Assembly (NCBI RefSeq): GCF_006345805.1
Contig: NW_021829416.1
Location: 1-6,222 of the forward strand
Reading direction: 5' to 3'
Length of the DNA: 6,222 nt
DNA from: Octopus sinensis
Lineage: Eukaryota
A program made the position numbers and the translations under genes. The stretch's first letter is position 1. Each line of letters begins with the position of its first letter. The notes beneath the pieces are model-generated. The model was given only the letters and a program-made list of their open reading frames with translations, was not told where the DNA came from and searched no databases. Below, piece by piece: positions 5,945-6,222 of this stretch.

Positions 5945-6222
5945 TACAGATCCAGAGTTTGCACCCGCTGACGGCTGCAGAGAAATTCAATTTTGGACTT
6001 TCTTCTATCGAAGGCATTCTAACAAAAATGCTTCCGTATAAATGGTGAAAATATTGTCAGTTTTTGTTTCACTTTTAACACGTAATACTGAAATAGAGGA
6101 GAAGATATGATATTGCTATGGGCTCGCTTAAACAAGAAGTCGAACGTTTTTTTGATCATGAAAGTACATGGACCCTAAGTAAGGCATGTGTGAAATTTGA
6201 ATGAAATTGGTTGTGTAGTTCT
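5945..6222. other. Probable unclassified interspersed repeat, possibly non-autonomous Helitron/Helentron-like; runs off the right edge
   Basis: CpG density rises here, and the motif gtgtgaaatttgaatgaaattggttgtgtagttct resembles the recalled aaatttcatcaaaatcggtt...gtt motif of invertebrate rolling-circle derivatives. No termini were confirmed. Confidence 0.3.

Noticed and set aside
5968-5986. CTGACGG-CTGCAG-AGAAA as a second hammerhead for the plus-strand PLE
   Set aside because: The core has a mismatch at A9, there is no GAAAC...GUH closure and no helix I pairing.

Overview
AT-rich eukaryotic (animal) non-coding DNA made almost entirely of decayed transposable elements and microsatellites. 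I see no intact host gene, RNA gene or CRISPR array. The SINE and LINE-tail families look like those I recall from octopus/cephalopod genomes (inference, not verified). From left to right: (1) 5'-truncated RTE-like LINE ORF2 fragment (1-246, -); (2) four tRNA-derived SINE copies head-to-tail (~782-1620, all -) with tail-derived triplet microsatellites; (3) orphan RTE-type LINE/SINE 3' end (~1785-2049, +); (4) 5'-truncated Penelope-like element (PLE, ~2160-3920, -) with RT-thumb and Cys-rich GIY-YIG remnants and a possible fossil minimal hammerhead at its 3' end; (5) a (TA)n(TG)n tract; (6) a full-length but dead 1254-bp Tc1-family transposon (4009-5262) with 27-bp TIRs, TA duplication and DD37E/DD36E spacing; (7) a second, divergent PLE GIY-YIG remnant (+) into which the Tc1 inserted; (8) an unclassified repeat-like tail. 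I found no convincing new biological system. The best leads are the two back-to-back PLEs anchored on one (TA)n tract, the nested Tc1 and its catalytic spacing, and the hammerhead remnant. All protein readings were translated by hand across frameshifts and need tool confirmation.
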